This document shows, in pieces, positions 11,056 to 21,536 of a stretch of DNA of 32,000 bases (its first letter is position 1; each line of letters starts with the position of its first letter). The notes under the pieces are model-generated. The model was not told where the DNA came from and ran no database searches. It was given only the letters and a program-made list of their open reading frames with translations. A program made the translations under genes and the position numbers. The stretch is from Fastidiosibacter lacustris (lineage in GTDB: Bacteria; Pseudomonadota; Gammaproteobacteria; Francisellales; Francisellaceae): positions 54,568 to 86,567 of the forward strand of contig NZ_QLIR01000008.1 of assembly GCF_003428155.1 (NCBI RefSeq), in the 5' to 3' direction.

Positions 11056-11502
11056 CTAGGATAATTGTGATTTGATCATTGAGCCAACTTTACCCATATC
11101 TGCTCGACCATTAAGCTCAGCCTTAATTGCACTCATAATTTTACCCATATCTTTGATAGATGATGCCCCTACTTCTAAAATAGCACGCTGAATAATCTCA
11201 ATTATCTCATTCTCAGACAAAGCTTTAGGTAAATAGTCTTGCAAGATTTCTATCTCTTCTAGTTCCTTTTGTGCAAGCTCATCACGCCCCGCTCTTTTAA
11301 ATTGCTCAGCAGATTCTTTGCGCTGCTTAATCATTTTACTCAAAATACTAATGATATCACTTTCTATTATTTCCACACGCTCATCAATTTCTTTTTGTTT
11401 AAATGCAGCTAGTGCCATACGAATTGTTGCCAGGCGATTCTTATCTTTATTCTTCATGGAGCTTTTCATATCTTCAATTAAGCGTGCTCGTATCTCAGAC
11501 AT
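11056..11502 (-). CDS. yqeY: GatB/YqeY-domain protein
   Basis: 148 aa; RLIEDMKSSMKNKDKNRLATIRMALAAFKQKEIDER.. ELEEIEILQDYLPKALSENEI..GKIMSAIKAELNGRADMGKVGSMIKSQLS. Confidence 0.93.
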   Translation of the reverse strand: MSEIRARLIEDMKSSMKNKDKNRLATIRMALAAFKQKEIDERVEIIESDIISILSKMIKQRKESAEQFKRAGRDELAQKELEEIEILQDYLPKALSENEIIEIIQRAILEVGASSIKDMGKIMSAIKAELNGRADMGKVGSMIKSQLS

Positions 11503-11662
11503 TTAATAAATCCTAAGGTTATGCTTGAAAATTTTGTTAAAAAATAACTTTTGATTTTTATGCTTGTATTGTCAACTATATTCCTGCACATTGCAACCAC
11601 ACAGCACAAACTTACTAAAATTTACCCATTTTCTTAGTAAATTAAAGTCTCTATAAATGGAT

Positions 11663-11694
11663 CAGCCACCTATACTCAAAAGCATAGATGGCTG
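11663..11694 (-). terminator. Hairpin 20 nt after rpsU stop; candidate attenuator or processing site between rpsU and yqeY-dnaG
   Basis: CAGCCATCTATGCTTTTGAGTATAGGTGGCTG on the minus strand: about 11-bp stem CAGCCATCTAT/ATAGGTGGCTG with one G:U-type pair. No strong U-tract follows (ATCCATTTAT). Confidence 0.55.
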
Positions 11695-11713
11695 TGTATT
11701 CTTTGCGTACTAT

Positions 11714-11926
11714 CTAGCGACGGTGTGCAGCTGGATTTGAACGCATTGATTGCTTCATAGAGCGCTTAACAGCAGCGGCTTTTTTGCGCTTGCGCTCCCA
11801 TGTTGGCTTTTCATAGAACTCTCTACGGCGGAGTTCAGAAACAACTCCTGCTTTTTCACAACTACGCTTAAAACGGCGTAATGCTACATCAAACGGTTCA
11901 GTTTCTCTAACACGTACTGCTGGCAT
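11714..11926 (-). CDS. rpsU: 30S ribosomal protein bS21
   Basis: [55 protein letters not shown]; ATG at 11926 has the strong SD GAGGTGAG. Confidence 0.97.
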   Translation of the reverse strand: MPAVRVRETEPFDVALRRFKRSCEKAGVVSELRRREFYEKPTWERKRKKAAAVKRSMKQSMRSNPAAHRR

Positions 11927-12125
11927 ACTTCTCACCTCACTTAAATGCCATGTATTACTCATGTGACCAAAATTCTTTATTTATCATAAAATCAGACGAA
12001 TTTATAGCGGCACAATTCTACAATACTCATTCTTAAGATGCAAGGAAATAATGCCTCCTAACGTTTACTTCCAAAGCCAAATACGCTAATGTTGCTACTA
12101 ATTTAAATTAATATCCCCCAGTTTT

Positions 12126-12956
12126 ATGATCCACTGGTTTCCAGGGCACATGCACAAAGCCACAAAAGAGCTTAAAAAGCTTATGCCGCAAATTGACATC
12201 GCAATTGAAGTTATCGATGCGCGCGCACCAGAGGCAAGCGCTAATCCTGCTTTACATGAAGTTGCTAAAGGCAAACCTATTGTTAAAGTTTTATCTAAGC
12301 AAGACCTAGCTGACCCGATTATTACAAATCAATGGCTTAAATTTTACAATGGTAAGGCATTGAGCTTGGATATTGCTCATAATAAAAATAGCGCGCAAAG
12401 AATCATTGAAATCTGTAAACATGAGCTGCCTCATCGTGGAACAGTTTTGAAACCTATACGTGCAGTTATCCTTGGAATCCCTAACGTTGGTAAATCAACT
12501 TTAATTAACACATTGGCTAAGCGTAAAATTGCTAAAACAGGTAATGAACCTGCAGTAACCAAACAGCAGCAAAAAATTGAAATTGAAAAATATTTTTATT
12601 TAAACGATACTCCAGGCATTATGTTTCCCAGTCCTAAAGATGAAGGTTGTGGTTATAAGCTTGCTGCCATTGGCTCTATTCGTGACACTGCAATGGATTA
12701 TCCGTTAACTGCTTATTTCTTACTTGAGCTTTTAAAAGAAGATTATCCCAAGCTTCTTGCAGATAGATTCAAACTTGAAACGATTCACGCAGATAGCGAG
12801 ATGCTTTTATTAGAGATTGGTAAGCTCATTGGTCAACAAAATAACCACCACCATATTGCAGAGAAAATTATTCAAGACTTTCGTCAAGGACGCATTGGAC
12901 GCATCTCATTAGAGACCCCAGAAAACTATTTAAAATATAGAAGTGAAGTACAATGA
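12126..12956 (+). CDS. ylqF: Ribosome biogenesis GTPase YlqF/RbgA (circularly permuted GTPase)
   Basis: MIHWFPGHMHKATKELKKLMPQIDIAIEVIDARAPEAS; LSKQDLAD (G4); GIPNVGKSTLIN (G1); LNDTPGIMFP (G3) in permuted order. Confidence 0.95.
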   Translation: MIHWFPGHMHKATKELKKLMPQIDIAIEVIDARAPEASANPALHEVAKGKPIVKVLSKQDLADPIITNQWLKFYNGKALSLDIAHNKNSAQRIIEICKHELPHRGTVLKPIRAVILGIPNVGKSTLINTLAKRKIAKTGNEPAVTKQQQKIEIEKYFYLNDTPGIMFPSPKDEGCGYKLAAIGSIRDTAMDYPLTAYFLLELLKEDYPKLLADRFKLETIHADSEMLLLEIGKLIGQQNNHHHIAEKIIQDFRQGRIGRISLETPENYLKYRSEVQ

Positions 12957-12965
12957 AGCAAAAAT

Positions 12966-13931
12966 CTACTTCTTAACAATCGAAGCTTCACCTGATGCAA
13001 ATGTTTTTATTTGCTTTTGATCACAGCAAAGCTGTAATTGACCCAGCTCATTTACTCCTTGTGCTATCCCGGTAACAAACATGTTATTGGGAAGGCTCAA
13101 TGTTATCTCCTTATCTGTTAAATAATCAAAGTGATGATAATTCTCTATGAAAGATATAAATCCTGATGCTTCAAATTTTTTGAGTGTGATAATGACATCA
13201 TTAGCAAGATTAATCGCTAAAATGTTGCGATCAACATATTGACCCAAGACTTCTTGTAAAGAAACCCAAGGCTGGCTAATGTTTAGGTTGAAAGACATAT
13301 TCACATTAATGCCAATCCCAATAATGATCTGACTTTGGGCGTTTGATTCCGCTTTAACTTCAACTAAAATGCCAGAAAGTTTCTTCTCATTCAGATATAT
13401 ATCATTCGGCCATTTGATTTTGATATCAAGCTCAGTAAAAAGTGAACTTAACACTTTTGCTACACATACCGCAAGTGCTAAAGAAAGTCCCGATAGTTCT
13501 CCGATTTCTTTAGCAAGCGTAGTCTTTAACGAAAAATATAAATTCTCTGCAAAAGGTGAAATCCACGTTCGATTAAATCGACCTTTACCTTTTTTTTGAT
13601 ACTCAGCCAGACAAATGTGATATGGACATATTGATTCATTGTTTTGTAAATAATCATTCGTTGAATCAACGCTTACCAAACAGTCTAATTGCACATTACT
13701 ATGTTGAATGTGTTCTAAAATACGTTTTTGATCTAGCAATATAAGTGGTTGTATTAACTTATAGCCATGCGCCTTGTTTGACTCAATTGCAATATGGTAC
13801 TCATCTTGTAATTTCTGAATATTTTTCCACACGGCTGCGCGTGTAATATTAAGCTTATTACCGATGGTTGTTCCATCGGTATAATTTTCACAGTTAAGTT
13901 GCTTTAAAATATTTAACAAAGTGATATTCAC
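12966..13931 (-). CDS. birA: Bifunctional biotin operon repressor / biotin-[acetyl-CoA-carboxylase] ligase
   Basis: N-terminal HTH (IGNKLNITRAAVWKNIQKLQ), then VDSTNDYLQ, AEYQKKGKGRFNRTWISPF (GRGRRGRxW-like), IKWPNDIYLNEKKLSGILVE, GIGINVN. Confidence 0.94.
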   Translation of the reverse strand: MNITLLNILKQLNCENYTDGTTIGNKLNITRAAVWKNIQKLQDEYHIAIESNKAHGYKLIQPLILLDQKRILEHIQHSNVQLDCLVSVDSTNDYLQNNESICPYHICLAEYQKKGKGRFNRTWISPFAENLYFSLKTTLAKEIGELSGLSLALAVCVAKVLSSLFTELDIKIKWPNDIYLNEKKLSGILVEVKAESNAQSQIIIGIGINVNMSFNLNISQPWVSLQEVLGQYVDRNILAINLANDVIITLKKFEASGFISFIENYHHFDYLTDKEITLSLPNNMFVTGIAQGVNELGQLQLCCDQKQIKTFASGEASIVKK

Positions 13932-14074
13932 AATCCTGCTTTACTGGTTATAGTAAATAATTTTTTTAGTATACTACAGACCACACAGCCTTTGTTGCAG
14001 ATTATACTTGCTATTTATTTTTTTATGCTCAAGATAACAAATTTAAGCTCAACTGACCTTCTAAATTAAAAATC

Positions 14075-15469
14075 ATGCAACAAAACAAAGCACTCAACGT
14101 GCCAAAACTTACCTTAATGAATATTACTGCAATTATTAGTTTAAGCTCAATTGCTTTCATGGCAACTATTGGCTTACCTTCCATCTTTTTTTATGCAATT
14201 GCAGCTATATTTTTTCTCGTACCAACTGCTTTAGTTTCTGCTGAGTTAGGCGGGATGCTAACCAAAGACAACGGTGGAGTATACACATGGGTGAAGCGCG
14301 CTTTTGGAGCAAAAATAGGACTCATTGCAATTTGGATGGGATGGTTTAACAATGTGATCAGCTTCCCTGCAACTCTTTCTGCAATTGTAGCTACTATTGC
14401 TTATATGGGGTTTGATAGCCTGCAAACCAATAAATTAACACTTTTTGTCACTATGCTTGCTATTTTCTGGCTTGTTACCTTTTTCAATTTTTTACCCATA
14501 AAAAGGATTGTCATTTTAAATGTAGTCGGTGCACTTTTTGGTATGATTTTGCCTGGGATACTACTTTTAGCTGGTGCAATTTACATGCTCGTAATTGGAG
14601 AGCACCAGGTTAATTTGACTCATTTTGAAAATTGGTTGCCTAGCATGTCATTTTTAACTTTTGCTCTTTTTGTTAAAACATTGGCAAGCTATTCTGGTAT
14701 TCAAGCTACTTGTTTTCATATTCGAAATGTAGTCAACCCTAAAAAAAATATTCCTAAAGCAATGATTTTTTCTATCGTTATTATTGTTTTATTGTCATCT
14801 ATATCCACTATAGCACTTGTTATTACTATTCCAAATAACAGTATTAATCCGATGAATGGTTTAATTCAAGGAATTACAAACGTACTAAATCTAGTTGGAC
14901 TTGATAGATTTAGGGGGCTGATCGCATTTTTAATTGTTGTTGGGATGATCTCTGCTCTAAGCACTTGGATGCTCGGTCCTGCGCGTGCTATGCAAGAGGT
15001 AGCACAACAAAATTTACTTCCACCAGCATTCTCTAAACTCAATAGCAATCACATGCCGGTCAATGTGCTCCTAACTCAAGGAGTTATAAGCAGCCTACTT
15101 TCTTTTGTATTTTTATTTATGCCAACTATCCAGGCTGCTTTTGCAATGCTTGTTGCTTTGACTTCACAGTTTACGGCTTTTATGTGGATTTTAATTTTTG
15201 CTGCTGCAATTCGCTTACGTTACAAAGAACCTAACACGCAACGCATGTTCCGGATTGGAAGACAAAACAATAACTTAATACTTATTGTTGTTTGTCTATC
15301 AGGAATAGTTGCTTGCTGTTGTGGCATATTCTTAGGTATCTTTCCACCTGCTTTCTCTCGTATAGAAAACCTTTTTGCTTATGCTGGGGTTATTGTTTTT
15401 GCTGATATTGTGATTATTCTCATTCCCTTTATTTGGATCTACTTTCGCAAAGCACAATTACAATTCTAA
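14075..15469 (+). CDS. APC-superfamily amino-acid permease (glutamate:GABA antiporter-like)
   Basis: 464 aa, about 12 TM segments; LTLMNITAIISLSSIAFMATIG, VSAELGGMLTKDNGGVYTWVKRAFG, STWMLGPARAMQEVAQ. Confidence 0.85.
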   Translation: MQQNKALNVPKLTLMNITAIISLSSIAFMATIGLPSIFFYAIAAIFFLVPTALVSAELGGMLTKDNGGVYTWVKRAFGAKIGLIAIWMGWFNNVISFPATLSAIVATIAYMGFDSLQTNKLTLFVTMLAIFWLVTFFNFLPIKRIVILNVVGALFGMILPGILLLAGAIYMLVIGEHQVNLTHFENWLPSMSFLTFALFVKTLASYSGIQATCFHIRNVVNPKKNIPKAMIFSIVIIVLLSSISTIALVITIPNNSINPMNGLIQGITNVLNLVGLDRFRGLIAFLIVVGMISALSTWMLGPARAMQEVAQQNLLPPAFSKLNSNHMPVNVLLTQGVISSLLSFVFLFMPTIQAAFAMLVALTSQFTAFMWILIFAAAIRLRYKEPNTQRMFRIGRQNNNLILIVVCLSGIVACCCGIFLGIFPPAFSRIENLFAYAGVIVFADIVIILIPFIWIYFRKAQLQF

Positions 15470-15539
15470 CCTTGCATTTTATTTTTCTTTTAATATATTG
15501 TTTTTTTGTTTATACAAAATATTGTAAAAAGGAGAGAGA

Positions 15540-16784
15540 ATGACTAGTAAAAAATTAACTCGTAACATTTTAATTGGTATGTTTTTAGGTGCTATTTTTG
15601 GCTTAATTCTACATCCATTTTCAAATACGGACTGGCTAGATACTTATATGACCAATGGAATATTACAGCTTATTGGTTCAATTTTTATCACTTTGATGAA
15701 GATGCTTGTTGTGCCTTTAGTACTGGTTTCTATTGTCTGTGGTGCAAGCAATGTTTCTGAACCTAAAAGCTTAGGGAGAATTGGTGGCAAGACCATTATA
15801 ATTTATATTATCACTACAGCGATTGCAGTTACATTAGCTATATCAATCTCGCTTTTATTCAAAATCGGTTCAGGAGCTAACATTTCAACCGAAAACTTAA
15901 GCTTCACTGTTGCTGCACCTCAAAGCTTTATGCAAACGATTTTAAGTTTATTTACTGCTAACCCAGTAGATTCGCTTGCTCAAGGTCATATGCTGCAAAT
16001 TATTGTGTTTGCACTACTATTGGGAATAGCAATTAATTTTGCGGGAGAGTCAGGGCAACGCATTAAAAACTGGTTTGATGATTTAAACGATGTGATCTTG
16101 TCTTTGGTGAGCATTATTATCATGCTTACACCATATGGTGTGTTTGCACTTATTGCAAAGCTTGTTATCACTACGGAGTTAAATAAATTTGTATATGTAC
16201 TAGGGTATTTTCTTACCGTTTTACTAGTTTTAGTTATTCATTTATTTATCACAAATGGCATACTTATAGCTGTTTTTGCACGGTTAAATCCTGCCACCTT
16301 TTTTAAAAAAATGTTACCTGTACAATTATTTGCATTTTCAACTGCAAGCAGTAATGCAACTTTACCTGTTACACTTAAAACAGCCGAAAAAAGCATTGGT
16401 ATTGATAATAAGGTGGCAGGTTTCACTATTCCATTAGGAGCCACCATTAACATGGATGGAACTGCTATAATGCAAGGCGTTGCAACCGTTTTTATAGCCC
16501 ATGTTTACAATATTGAGCTAAGCCTTTTTTCCTATCTTATTGTAATTATCACCGCAACATTAAGTTCAATTGGTACAGCAGGTGTGCCTGGAATTGGTTT
16601 AATTACTTTGACTCTGGTCCTCACTCAGGTTGGTCTACCTATAGAGGGTATTGCACTTATTATCGGAATTGATCGTATTTTAGATATGGTTAGAACAGCG
16701 GTAAACGTAACAGGGGATGTATCTGTCACTACCGTTGTTGCTAAAACCGAAAAACAATTGGATGAATCTATATATAACAGTTAA
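15540..16784 (+). CDS. Dicarboxylate/amino acid:cation symporter (DAACS family)
   Basis: FITLMKMLVVPLVLVSIVCGASN, FSTASSNATLPVTLKTAEKSIGIDNKVAGFTIPLGATINMDGTAIMQG, GIDRILDMVRTAVNVTGD; SD AAGGAGAGAG upstream. Confidence 0.94.
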   Translation: MTSKKLTRNILIGMFLGAIFGLILHPFSNTDWLDTYMTNGILQLIGSIFITLMKMLVVPLVLVSIVCGASNVSEPKSLGRIGGKTIIIYIITTAIAVTLAISISLLFKIGSGANISTENLSFTVAAPQSFMQTILSLFTANPVDSLAQGHMLQIIVFALLLGIAINFAGESGQRIKNWFDDLNDVILSLVSIIIMLTPYGVFALIAKLVITTELNKFVYVLGYFLTVLLVLVIHLFITNGILIAVFARLNPATFFKKMLPVQLFAFSTASSNATLPVTLKTAEKSIGIDNKVAGFTIPLGATINMDGTAIMQGVATVFIAHVYNIELSLFSYLIVIITATLSSIGTAGVPGIGLITLTLVLTQVGLPIEGIALIIGIDRILDMVRTAVNVTGDVSVTTVVAKTEKQLDESIYNS

Positions 16785-16795
16785 ATATTTCACTG

Positions 16796-18307
16796 TTATT
16801 GAATCCTTTCCACAATCTTCATTTTCCACTCTTTTGGTCCTGTTTCGTGAACGGAAGTACCTTTGCTATCCACTGCCACCATAACGGGCATATCTTCAAC
16901 TTCAAACTCATAAATTGCTTCCATTCCCAAATCTTCAAATCCAACCACTTTTGCTTTGCGTATTGATTTAGAAATCAAATATGCAGCCCCCCCCACTGCC
17001 ATAAGATAGACTGCTTTGTGCTTTTTAATTGAGTCAATCGTTGCTTGACCACGCTCAGCCTTACCAACCATACCAGCAATGCCAAGTCTACTTAGCATAA
17101 AATCCGTAAACTTATCCATTCGAGTTGCAGTTGTGGGTCCAGCAGGTCCCACTACCTCATTACCAACTGGATCAACAGGTCCTACATAATAAATAAATTT
17201 TCCTTTTAAATCTACAGGCAGAGTCTGACCACTTGTTACCATATCAACAATTCTTTTATGCGCTGCATCACGCCCTGTTAATAACTTACCATTAAGTAAT
17301 AAAGTTTCGCCTGGTTGAAAATTTTCAATTTCGGCTTGCGTTATCGTATTTAAATTCACTCTTTTTACTTGTGAGTTATCCGTTTCTGTAATTTCAGGCC
17401 AATCATCTAAGTTTGGCACCGGGAGCTTTACAACCCCTGAACCATCTAAAGTAAAATGTACATGTCTTGTTGCTGCACAGTTAGGGATAAGCGCCACAGG
17501 TTTACACGCAGCATGCGTTGGGTATTCATGAATTTTTACATCTAAAACAGTTGTTAAACCACCTAAGCCTTGCGCACCAATACCTAGCTCATTAATTCGA
17601 TGATATAACTCAGCGCGTAATTTTTCTATTTCTGTTTGTGGACCACGCGCAAGAATATCAAGCATATTGATCTCTTCACCAAGCGCTTCTTTTGCCAATA
17701 ACATCGCTTTTTCTGCGGTACCACCAATACCAATTCCAATAATCCCAGGTGGACACCAGCCAGCCCCCATAGTTGGGAGCATTTCTAAGACCCAATCAAC
17801 AATACTATCACTTGGATTTAATACTTTAAATTTTGACTTAAATTCAGACCCACCGCCTTTAGCAGCAAGCTCAATTTCAACCTTACAGCCATGCACAATA
17901 TCAATATGGACAATTGCAGGAGTATTATCTTTTGTATTTTTGCGCGCACCATGTGGTGGGCTTACCATTGATGCGCGAAGCGGATTATCCTCGTTTAAAT
18001 ATGCTCGACGCACACCTTCATTGATAAGTTCTGTTATCGTTCTATCCGTACAATCAAACTTTGCATCCATACCAACTTTAACGAACGCACATACCATCCC
18101 TGTATCCTGGCAAATTGGTCTATGCCCATAAGCTGCCATACGTGAATTTATTAAGATTTGTGCAATTGCATCTTTTGCTGGCTTTGATTCTTCATGTTGA
18201 TAAGCACAATACATTGCCTGCACAAAATCCTTTGGATGATAATATGAGATAAATTGCAGCGCGTCTGCAACACTTTGGATGAAATCCTCTACTTTAATAA
18301 CTGCCAT
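16796..18307 (-). CDS. fumA: Fumarate hydratase, class I (iron-sulfur)
   Basis: RPICQDTGMVCAFVKVG, HIDIVHGCKVEIELAAKGGGSEFKSKF, GIGGTAEKAMLLAKEAL, fused beta-domain RDAAHKRIVDMV..YYVGPVDPVGNEVVGPAGPTTATRMDKF. The symbol is by family; fumA and fumB cannot be separated from sequence alone. Confidence 0.92.
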   Translation of the reverse strand: MAVIKVEDFIQSVADALQFISYYHPKDFVQAMYCAYQHEESKPAKDAIAQILINSRMAAYGHRPICQDTGMVCAFVKVGMDAKFDCTDRTITELINEGVRRAYLNEDNPLRASMVSPPHGARKNTKDNTPAIVHIDIVHGCKVEIELAAKGGGSEFKSKFKVLNPSDSIVDWVLEMLPTMGAGWCPPGIIGIGIGGTAEKAMLLAKEALGEEINMLDILARGPQTEIEKLRAELYHRINELGIGAQGLGGLTTVLDVKIHEYPTHAACKPVALIPNCAATRHVHFTLDGSGVVKLPVPNLDDWPEITETDNSQVKRVNLNTITQAEIENFQPGETLLLNGKLLTGRDAAHKRIVDMVTSGQTLPVDLKGKFIYYVGPVDPVGNEVVGPAGPTTATRMDKFTDFMLSRLGIAGMVGKAERGQATIDSIKKHKAVYLMAVGGAAYLISKSIRKAKVVGFEDLGMEAIYEFEVEDMPVMVAVDSKGTSVHETGPKEWKMKIVERIQ

Positions 18308-18421
18308 ATCTTTGACTCTTGCTTGTTTAACTTCGTTAAATATTCTAACAGTTATTACTACTCAGTGCGAGAATCTAACAATTTAATGGCGAGGTAATTT
18401 TAATGGTATTTGGAGGTATAA

Positions 18422-18760
18422 TCAAAAAGCACCTTTTATCCACTCAAGTTGCCCTGCTGTAATACCAATAACATCAAACCGACACTCATAGCTTTGATAT
18501 TGTTGATAACGCTGCAAGAAAACTTCTGCTGTTTTACGAATCTTGTTTTGCTTTGTATACGTAACCATTTCAAGCGCACCTCCAAAGCCAGCACCCTTTC
18601 TGATTTTAACTTCTATGAATAGCAAAGTTTCATCCATTAACCCAATAAGATCAATTTCACCTAACGGAGTAAAAAAATTCTGAATAATCAATGTAAACCC
18701 TTGCTGCTCCAAGTATTTCAACGCTGTACCTTCTGCCCTACCACCAATTTCACGACTCAT
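18422..18760 (-). CDS. yraN: YraN-family (UPF0102) endonuclease-fold protein
   Basis: GTALKYLEQQGFTLIIQNFFTPLGEIDLIGLMDETLLFIEVKIRKGAGFGGALEMVTYTKQNKI (EIDLI..FIEVK..). Confidence 0.92.
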   Translation of the reverse strand: MSREIGGRAEGTALKYLEQQGFTLIIQNFFTPLGEIDLIGLMDETLLFIEVKIRKGAGFGGALEMVTYTKQNKIRKTAEVFLQRYQQYQSYECRFDVIGITAGQLEWIKGAF

Positions 18761-20785
18761 TCACAAAATACCATTATATTTTAATAGTGCGTCAACAGTG
18801 GGTTGTTGACCTCGAAAAGCCTCAAATAACTCTGCTGCTGGTCTTGAGCCGCCCATTTCCAAAATATTTTGCAGAAACGACTGACCAATCTTGGGATTAA
18901 TGATTTCGGCAGATGATTCAAAGACTGAAAATGCATCGCTTGATAATACTTCTGCCCATTTGTAACTATAGTAGCCTGCTGCATAACCACCTGCAAAAAT
19001 ATGTGAAAAACTATTTTCAAAACGATTATATTCAGGCACTTCAAATAATGAAGTCTCCTTTCTGATACTCAATAAAGTACCATGAATATCAAGCCCATCT
19101 GGCTGAACTTGATGGAGTTTCATATCAAACAATGCAAATTCTAATTGACGCAACATTGCCAAAGCAGATTGATATTGCCGAGATGCCTCCAGTTTCTTGA
19201 ATAATGCTGTTGGTAGTGACTCACCCGTTTTGACATGTTTAGCAATTAATGACAAGCCTTCCCTACTCCAACAAAAATTCTCCATGAATTGACTAGGTAG
19301 CTCAACAGCATCCCATTCAACGCCATTTATACCTGATACAGGCAGATAATCTACTTTAGTCAAGATATGATGAAGCGCATGCCCAAATTCATGAAACAAA
19401 GTCAAAACATCATTATGTGTTAAAAGCGCATCCTCATTATTTTTGGGTGGCATGAAATTACACGTTACGTAGGCAACAGGAACTTGCACACTCTGATCCT
19501 GCCTTTTATAACGCGTACGACAATCATCCATCCATGCTCCATCTCGCTTATTATCTCTTGCAAATAAATCAACTAGGATCTTTCCTCTTATGTCTTTCTT
19601 TTGATCATAAAAAACATATAATGCCGTTTGTAAATGGTAACGATCCCATTCTTTGACTTCTTGTGCATGCACACCATAAAGAGACTCAATTATTTTAAAT
19701 AAACCTTGTATAACATAAGGTAATGGGAAATAAGGTCTTAATTCTTCTGCAGTAAAATCATAAAGCGTTTTTTTCATTTTTTCACTGTAATAAGGCACAT
19801 CCCACACTTGTAACTTGCCACTTAACCCATGCTTATTTGCAAAACTTTGAAGTGCTTGAAGTTCTTTTTGCGCCTGATGTTTAGCCCTTTGCAATAAGTC
19901 TTCTAAAAATGCCATAACTTTATCAACTGAACTCGCCATTTTGCTCTTTAATGATAACTCTGCATAATTATTAAACCCTAGTAACTTCGCCTCTTTATAA
20001 CGTAATTCTATAATTTCTTGCATAATTTTAGCGTTATCATATATTGGGTTTTCCGCTAAGCTTGAAGCACGCGTAACATATGCGTGATACATTTTTTGTC
20101 TTAACGCACGGTTATCTGCTTGCTGCATGACTGCAAGATAGGTTGGTGCATCCAACCCTAAAAAATACCCTTTTTCACCTACCGATTCTGCACGAAGCCA
20201 AGCCTGTTCTAACATATCCTCTGACAAGCCCAGAAGTTCATTTTGATCAGCAGTTACATAATGCCACGCCATCGTAGCATCTAAGACATTATTTTCAAAC
20301 TGACTTTGTAGTATAGAGAGCTTCGTCGCAATTACTTCAAATTCCTTACGCTTTTGACCTTCTAACTCCACTCCTGATAATTTAAAATCACGAATAACAT
20401 CATGAATCGCTTTAATTTGTGCTCTGTCAAGTGAAGTATCATTTTTAAGAATATACTGATAAGCCTTAAGCAACCGCTCATCTTGTGCCGTTTGAGTTGA
20501 ATATTCCGAAACTTTTTCAACACAATACTGATAAATATCTCGAAGTTCTTGTGTATTTTGTACAGCATTTAAATGCGCAATAAGTCCAAATGTTTTTGAT
20601 AAACGATCATCAGCCTCTTCTAATGGATAAATAAATTGAGCCCACGTAAATTGGTTTTCCTGTAATAAAACTTCTTTTAAATCAAGACATTTTTTTAACC
20701 TAAAATCAACCGCTTCTTTTGCTTTACTAATATCAACTTTAGAAAATTCAGGCATTGCTGAATCAGTTAATAAAACGTTCTCCAT
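18761..20785 (-). CDS. prlC: Oligopeptidase A (M3 metallopeptidase)
   Basis: Zinc motif VLTLFHEFGHALHHILT plus GINGVEWDAVELPSQFMENFCW and FAGGYAAGYYSYKWAEVLSSDAF; start placed at the ATG at 20785. Confidence 0.96.
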   Translation of the reverse strand: MENVLLTDSAMPEFSKVDISKAKEAVDFRLKKCLDLKEVLLQENQFTWAQFIYPLEEADDRLSKTFGLIAHLNAVQNTQELRDIYQYCVEKVSEYSTQTAQDERLLKAYQYILKNDTSLDRAQIKAIHDVIRDFKLSGVELEGQKRKEFEVIATKLSILQSQFENNVLDATMAWHYVTADQNELLGLSEDMLEQAWLRAESVGEKGYFLGLDAPTYLAVMQQADNRALRQKMYHAYVTRASSLAENPIYDNAKIMQEIIELRYKEAKLLGFNNYAELSLKSKMASSVDKVMAFLEDLLQRAKHQAQKELQALQSFANKHGLSGKLQVWDVPYYSEKMKKTLYDFTAEELRPYFPLPYVIQGLFKIIESLYGVHAQEVKEWDRYHLQTALYVFYDQKKDIRGKILVDLFARDNKRDGAWMDDCRTRYKRQDQSVQVPVAYVTCNFMPPKNNEDALLTHNDVLTLFHEFGHALHHILTKVDYLPVSGINGVEWDAVELPSQFMENFCWSREGLSLIAKHVKTGESLPTALFKKLEASRQYQSALAMLRQLEFALFDMKLHQVQPDGLDIHGTLLSIRKETSLFEVPEYNRFENSFSHIFAGGYAAGYYSYKWAEVLSSDAFSVFESSAEIINPKIGQSFLQNILEMGGSRPAAELFEAFRGQQPTVDALLKYNGIL

Positions 20786-20867
20786 TTTAAATCCTTTGCA
20801 TAATTTCTTCATTCTATTAGCGCTTTATAATACACTTACTCCACCATAAGAAAAGTACCAACAGCAG

Positions 20868-21512
20868 ATGTCTGGCAATTTAACAAATATTTTAACCCAC
20901 TTTGTGATGTTTATTATCCCTATGCTTTTTGCAATTACACTTCATGAAGCAGCACATGCTTACATTGCTAAACTTTGTGGTGATCAGACTGCTTACTTGA
21001 TGGGACGTGTAACTTTTAACCCTATCAAACATATTGACCCATTAGGCACTATCATCTTACCTGTTGTAATGTTTTTATTACAAACTGGTTTTTTATTTGG
21101 CTGGGCAAAACCTGTTCCTATTAATTTCAACAATCTAAAAAAACCAAGACAGGATATGATACTTGTTGCCATTGCAGGTCCTTTTGCTAATTTTGCGATG
21201 GCAATTATTTGGTTTATTTTATGGAAGTTTGTGCCAAACTTTGGCTTTAATCAAATGGCACAATATGGCGTAGCACTGAACTTAATGTTAATGGTTTTCA
21301 ACCTATTACCCATTCCACCCTTAGATGGTAGCCGCGTTATCAGTGCTCTTTTGCCATACAAAGCAACTTTACAATATAATCGACTTGAGCGTTGGGGCTT
21401 CTTAATTGTTTTACTATTGCTATTCATTCCATTTGGCAATAGCAACTTATTGGCGAGCATTTTAATTCCAGTTATTAATAAGCTACTTCTTCTGATACAA
21501 TTTATTTTCTAA
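20868..21512 (+). CDS. Site-2-protease-family (M50B) membrane metalloprotease
   Basis: ITLHEAAHAYIAKLCGD (HExxH-type HEAAH), LMGRVTFNPIKHIDPLGTIILP, NLMLMVFNLLPIPPLDGSRV (NxxPxxxLDG). Confidence 0.94.
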   Translation: MSGNLTNILTHFVMFIIPMLFAITLHEAAHAYIAKLCGDQTAYLMGRVTFNPIKHIDPLGTIILPVVMFLLQTGFLFGWAKPVPINFNNLKKPRQDMILVAIAGPFANFAMAIIWFILWKFVPNFGFNQMAQYGVALNLMLMVFNLLPIPPLDGSRVISALLPYKATLQYNRLERWGFLIVLLLLFIPFGNSNLLASILIPVINKLLLLIQFIF

Positions 21513-21536
21513 TTACTTAAACATAAAGGTTTACTT

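Noticed and set aside
17667-18131. 154-aa plus-strand ORF antisense to fumarase
   Set aside because: It mirrors the strongly conserved fumarase frame, has low-complexity Ser/Pro/Ile composition and no recognisable domain; an antisense shadow ORF.
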